From: Octopus bimaculoides
Taxonomy: Eukaryota
Direction of reading: 5' to 3'
DNA length: 34,048 nt
Assembly (NCBI RefSeq): GCF_001194135.2
Contig: NC_068986.1
Location: forward strand, 10,492,606-10,526,653
The notes under the pieces: model-generated
What the model was told of the DNA's origin: nothing
Seen by the model: the letters and a program-made list of their open reading frames with translations, nothing else
Database searches by the model: none
Made by a program: the position numbers and the translations under genes
Shown: in pieces, positions 31,965-34,048 of the stretch
Position numbering within the stretch: the stretch's first letter is position 1
Layout of the letters: the number at the start of each line of letters is the position of its first letter

Positions 31965-32598
31965 CTGAGATGTACTTTCCTGTAGAATTGTCTGAACTAA
32001 GACCAAACTGTTTGTTGTTAGAAACTAAAACCATTCCTTCTAAAACACGCCAAAGCTGTTAACTTCCCTAGAGCATTTTTTAGTTGGTGCCAAAATTTTC
32101 ATTATACCAACACGACCTGGTCCCTTACACATACCAGCATATATAAATTCATAATATTTATATATGTTTTGTGGGTGCATGTGTAAACTTAAATACGTAA
32201 AATACCCTTGATGTGTAGAGATGTGGCACAATAGATATAGTCGCCTGCTTTTTGTTTGCAATATATATATAGTGACAGTGAATCAATAATCAGTCCAATC
32301 GATATCTGTTAACATCGACTGAATGACTGGACAGAAATCACACAATCCAGACATGAACACAAAACATGGAAGCTTGGTTGTCTTTGAGAATTGCTCCAGT
32401 AAAATTCCTATGCAAGTATTCTTCAATATTTTCTTTTTATAACTCTTTCCGTTAGCTAGTATGTATGTATGTATATATGTGTATGTATGTATGAATATGT
32501 ATGTATGTATATATCTATGTGTATATATATGTATATATATATATGTGTGTATATGTGTGTGTGTGTATGTGTGTGTGTGCATGTATGTGTGTGTGTGC

Positions 32599-32657
<59 letters not shown>

Positions 32658-32999
32658 TACATATATGTATGTATGCATTTATTTATGTATGCATGTGCAT
32701 GTATATATGCTTTATACCTACATATATATATGTATACGTATGTATATATATATATGTGTGTGTGTGTGCATGTGTATATGTATGTATGTATACATGTGTG
32801 TGTACATATATGCAATGCATACACATAAACGCATATATGCATGCAATTATATGAATCTATATATATACATGTATAGATTCTCAGAAGTATGTTTAACATA
32901 TATAGTTACACACACACACGCACACACACACATGAACATTGATGCTTCACTACTTCAAAATCTAAATATATCTGGAATTTAAAGAATATTAATTTTGGC

Positions 33000-33750
33000 A
33001 AGGGGTCAAAAATTGCTTACATCAACCCCAGTGTTCAACTGGTACTTATTTTTCGTCCCAGAAAGGATGAAAAGCAAAGTCGACCCAGGCGGAATTTGAA
33101 CTCAGAACATAAAGATGCACGAAATGTCACTAACCATTTTGATCAGTGTGCTAACCATTCTTCCAGCTTGCCACTGATTGGTTTATTATAAAACACGTCT
33201 CCCCTGCATTAACAGTTCCAGAAGATAGGATGTCTATCTCCCAGAGAAACGCAGCATTCTGTTACAGATTTTTATAATTTTTTGCAAAAGCTTGGAATTG
33301 GTCTATTCTTGCAGACATTCTACAGCTATTTATTGAGGAATTTTTAATCTCTAATCGGATAATATATTTTATTTCTTACGTAATGGACATACCACACGAA
33401 TGAAAAATGATCATATATCTTTTATCTTTTACTTGTTCCAGTCATTAGACTTCGGCCATGCTGGAGTACCACCTTGAAAAATATTTTAGTCTGGTACTCA
33501 TTCTATCAGTCTCTTTTGTCGAACCACTAAATTACAGGGACGAAAACATGCTAGCACTTGTTGTCAAGCATTGGGGCTAACAACACACAAACACACACAC
33601 ATATATATGACAAGCTTCTTTCAGTTTGCGTCTACCATATCCAAGGCTATAGTAGAAGTCACACTTTCCAAAGTGCCACGCAGTGGGACTGAACCCAGAG
33701 CCAGGTGGTTGGGAAGCAAATTTCTTACTGAACAGCCATGTCTGCACCTC
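33000..33750 (-). mobile_element. SINE family A (about 33000-33172) and SINE family B (about 33420-33750)
   Basis: Reverse-complement matches to the A and B consensus blocks. Confidence 0.8.
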
Positions 33751-33779
33751 TATATATATGTATATGTATATGCACACCT

Positions 33780-33964
33780 TTCAAGGCAATATACACCAGG
33801 TCTGCAAATCTAACAGAGGCCTCAAGAGACATTTTAAGATCTACAAAGATCAGAACTTAACTGCAGCTCTTGGTGGTCCATATCAGATATGCAATTTATC
33901 TGGATGTCTTTTCAAAACATTGTCTAGTTTAAAAAGCCCCATCAGATGCCATGATGGTTCTTAG
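33780..33964 (+). pseudogene. Decayed pair of C2H2-like zinc fingers (LINE C-terminus or ZNF relic)
   Basis: VCKSNRGLKRHFKIY and ICNLSGCLFKTLSSLKSPIRCH fit C-x2-C-x12-H-x3-H spacing with several ligands mutated. Confidence 0.4.
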
Positions 33965-34048
33965 GTGTAGGTACAGGAGGCAGTCGGACTCAGCATAAAG
34001 AGTAGACAACCTGCAAACAACAGGACAGGCTTATATATATATATATAT

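Noticed and set aside
32283-32982. Long ORFs rich in C/V/Y/M or H/T/Y/I (also at 4595-4878, 9325-9749, 20509-21029, 21670-21897)
   Set aside because: Translations of stop-free TG/TA/CA microsatellites

Overview
AT-rich, microsatellite- and transposon-saturated eukaryotic DNA from a gapped draft assembly (six N runs). The SINE/LINE/MITE content is most consistent with an octopus genome, but that is an inference from remembered repeat types, not a database result. There is no complete gene, rRNA, true tRNA or CRISPR array, and most of the ORF track is microsatellite or antisense noise. Supported content: a TA-flanked, internally deleted maT/DD37D Tc1-mariner element; a mariner remnant; two Tx1/L1-clade LINE fragments; RTE, R4/Dong-like and possible CR1 LINE fragments; a Penelope-like element (PLE: RT plus GIY-YIG); hAT and Tc1 MITEs with target-site duplications; about 25 copies of three tRNA-headed SINE families (labelled A, B and C here); and a few weak candidate exons. 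The main unexplained signal is eight type-I hammerhead-ribozyme-shaped motifs with the minimal, mostly palindromic helix III typical of PLEs. One has a fully canonical core and a roughly 105-nt rod-like helix II. The other seven have altered cores: a recurrent NUGAUUA form, plus A3-U8 and U3-A8 versions that keep the 3-8 Watson-Crick pair. Two of them sit in the arms of a roughly 530-bp diverged palindrome. Other points of note are a perfect 110-bp inverted copy replacing the RT segment between QG and YADD in a Tx1 element, a 3' tail shared by that Tx1 and SINE-A, and a TSD-flanked SINE trimer. Coordinates were counted by hand; ends of degenerate repeats are approximate.
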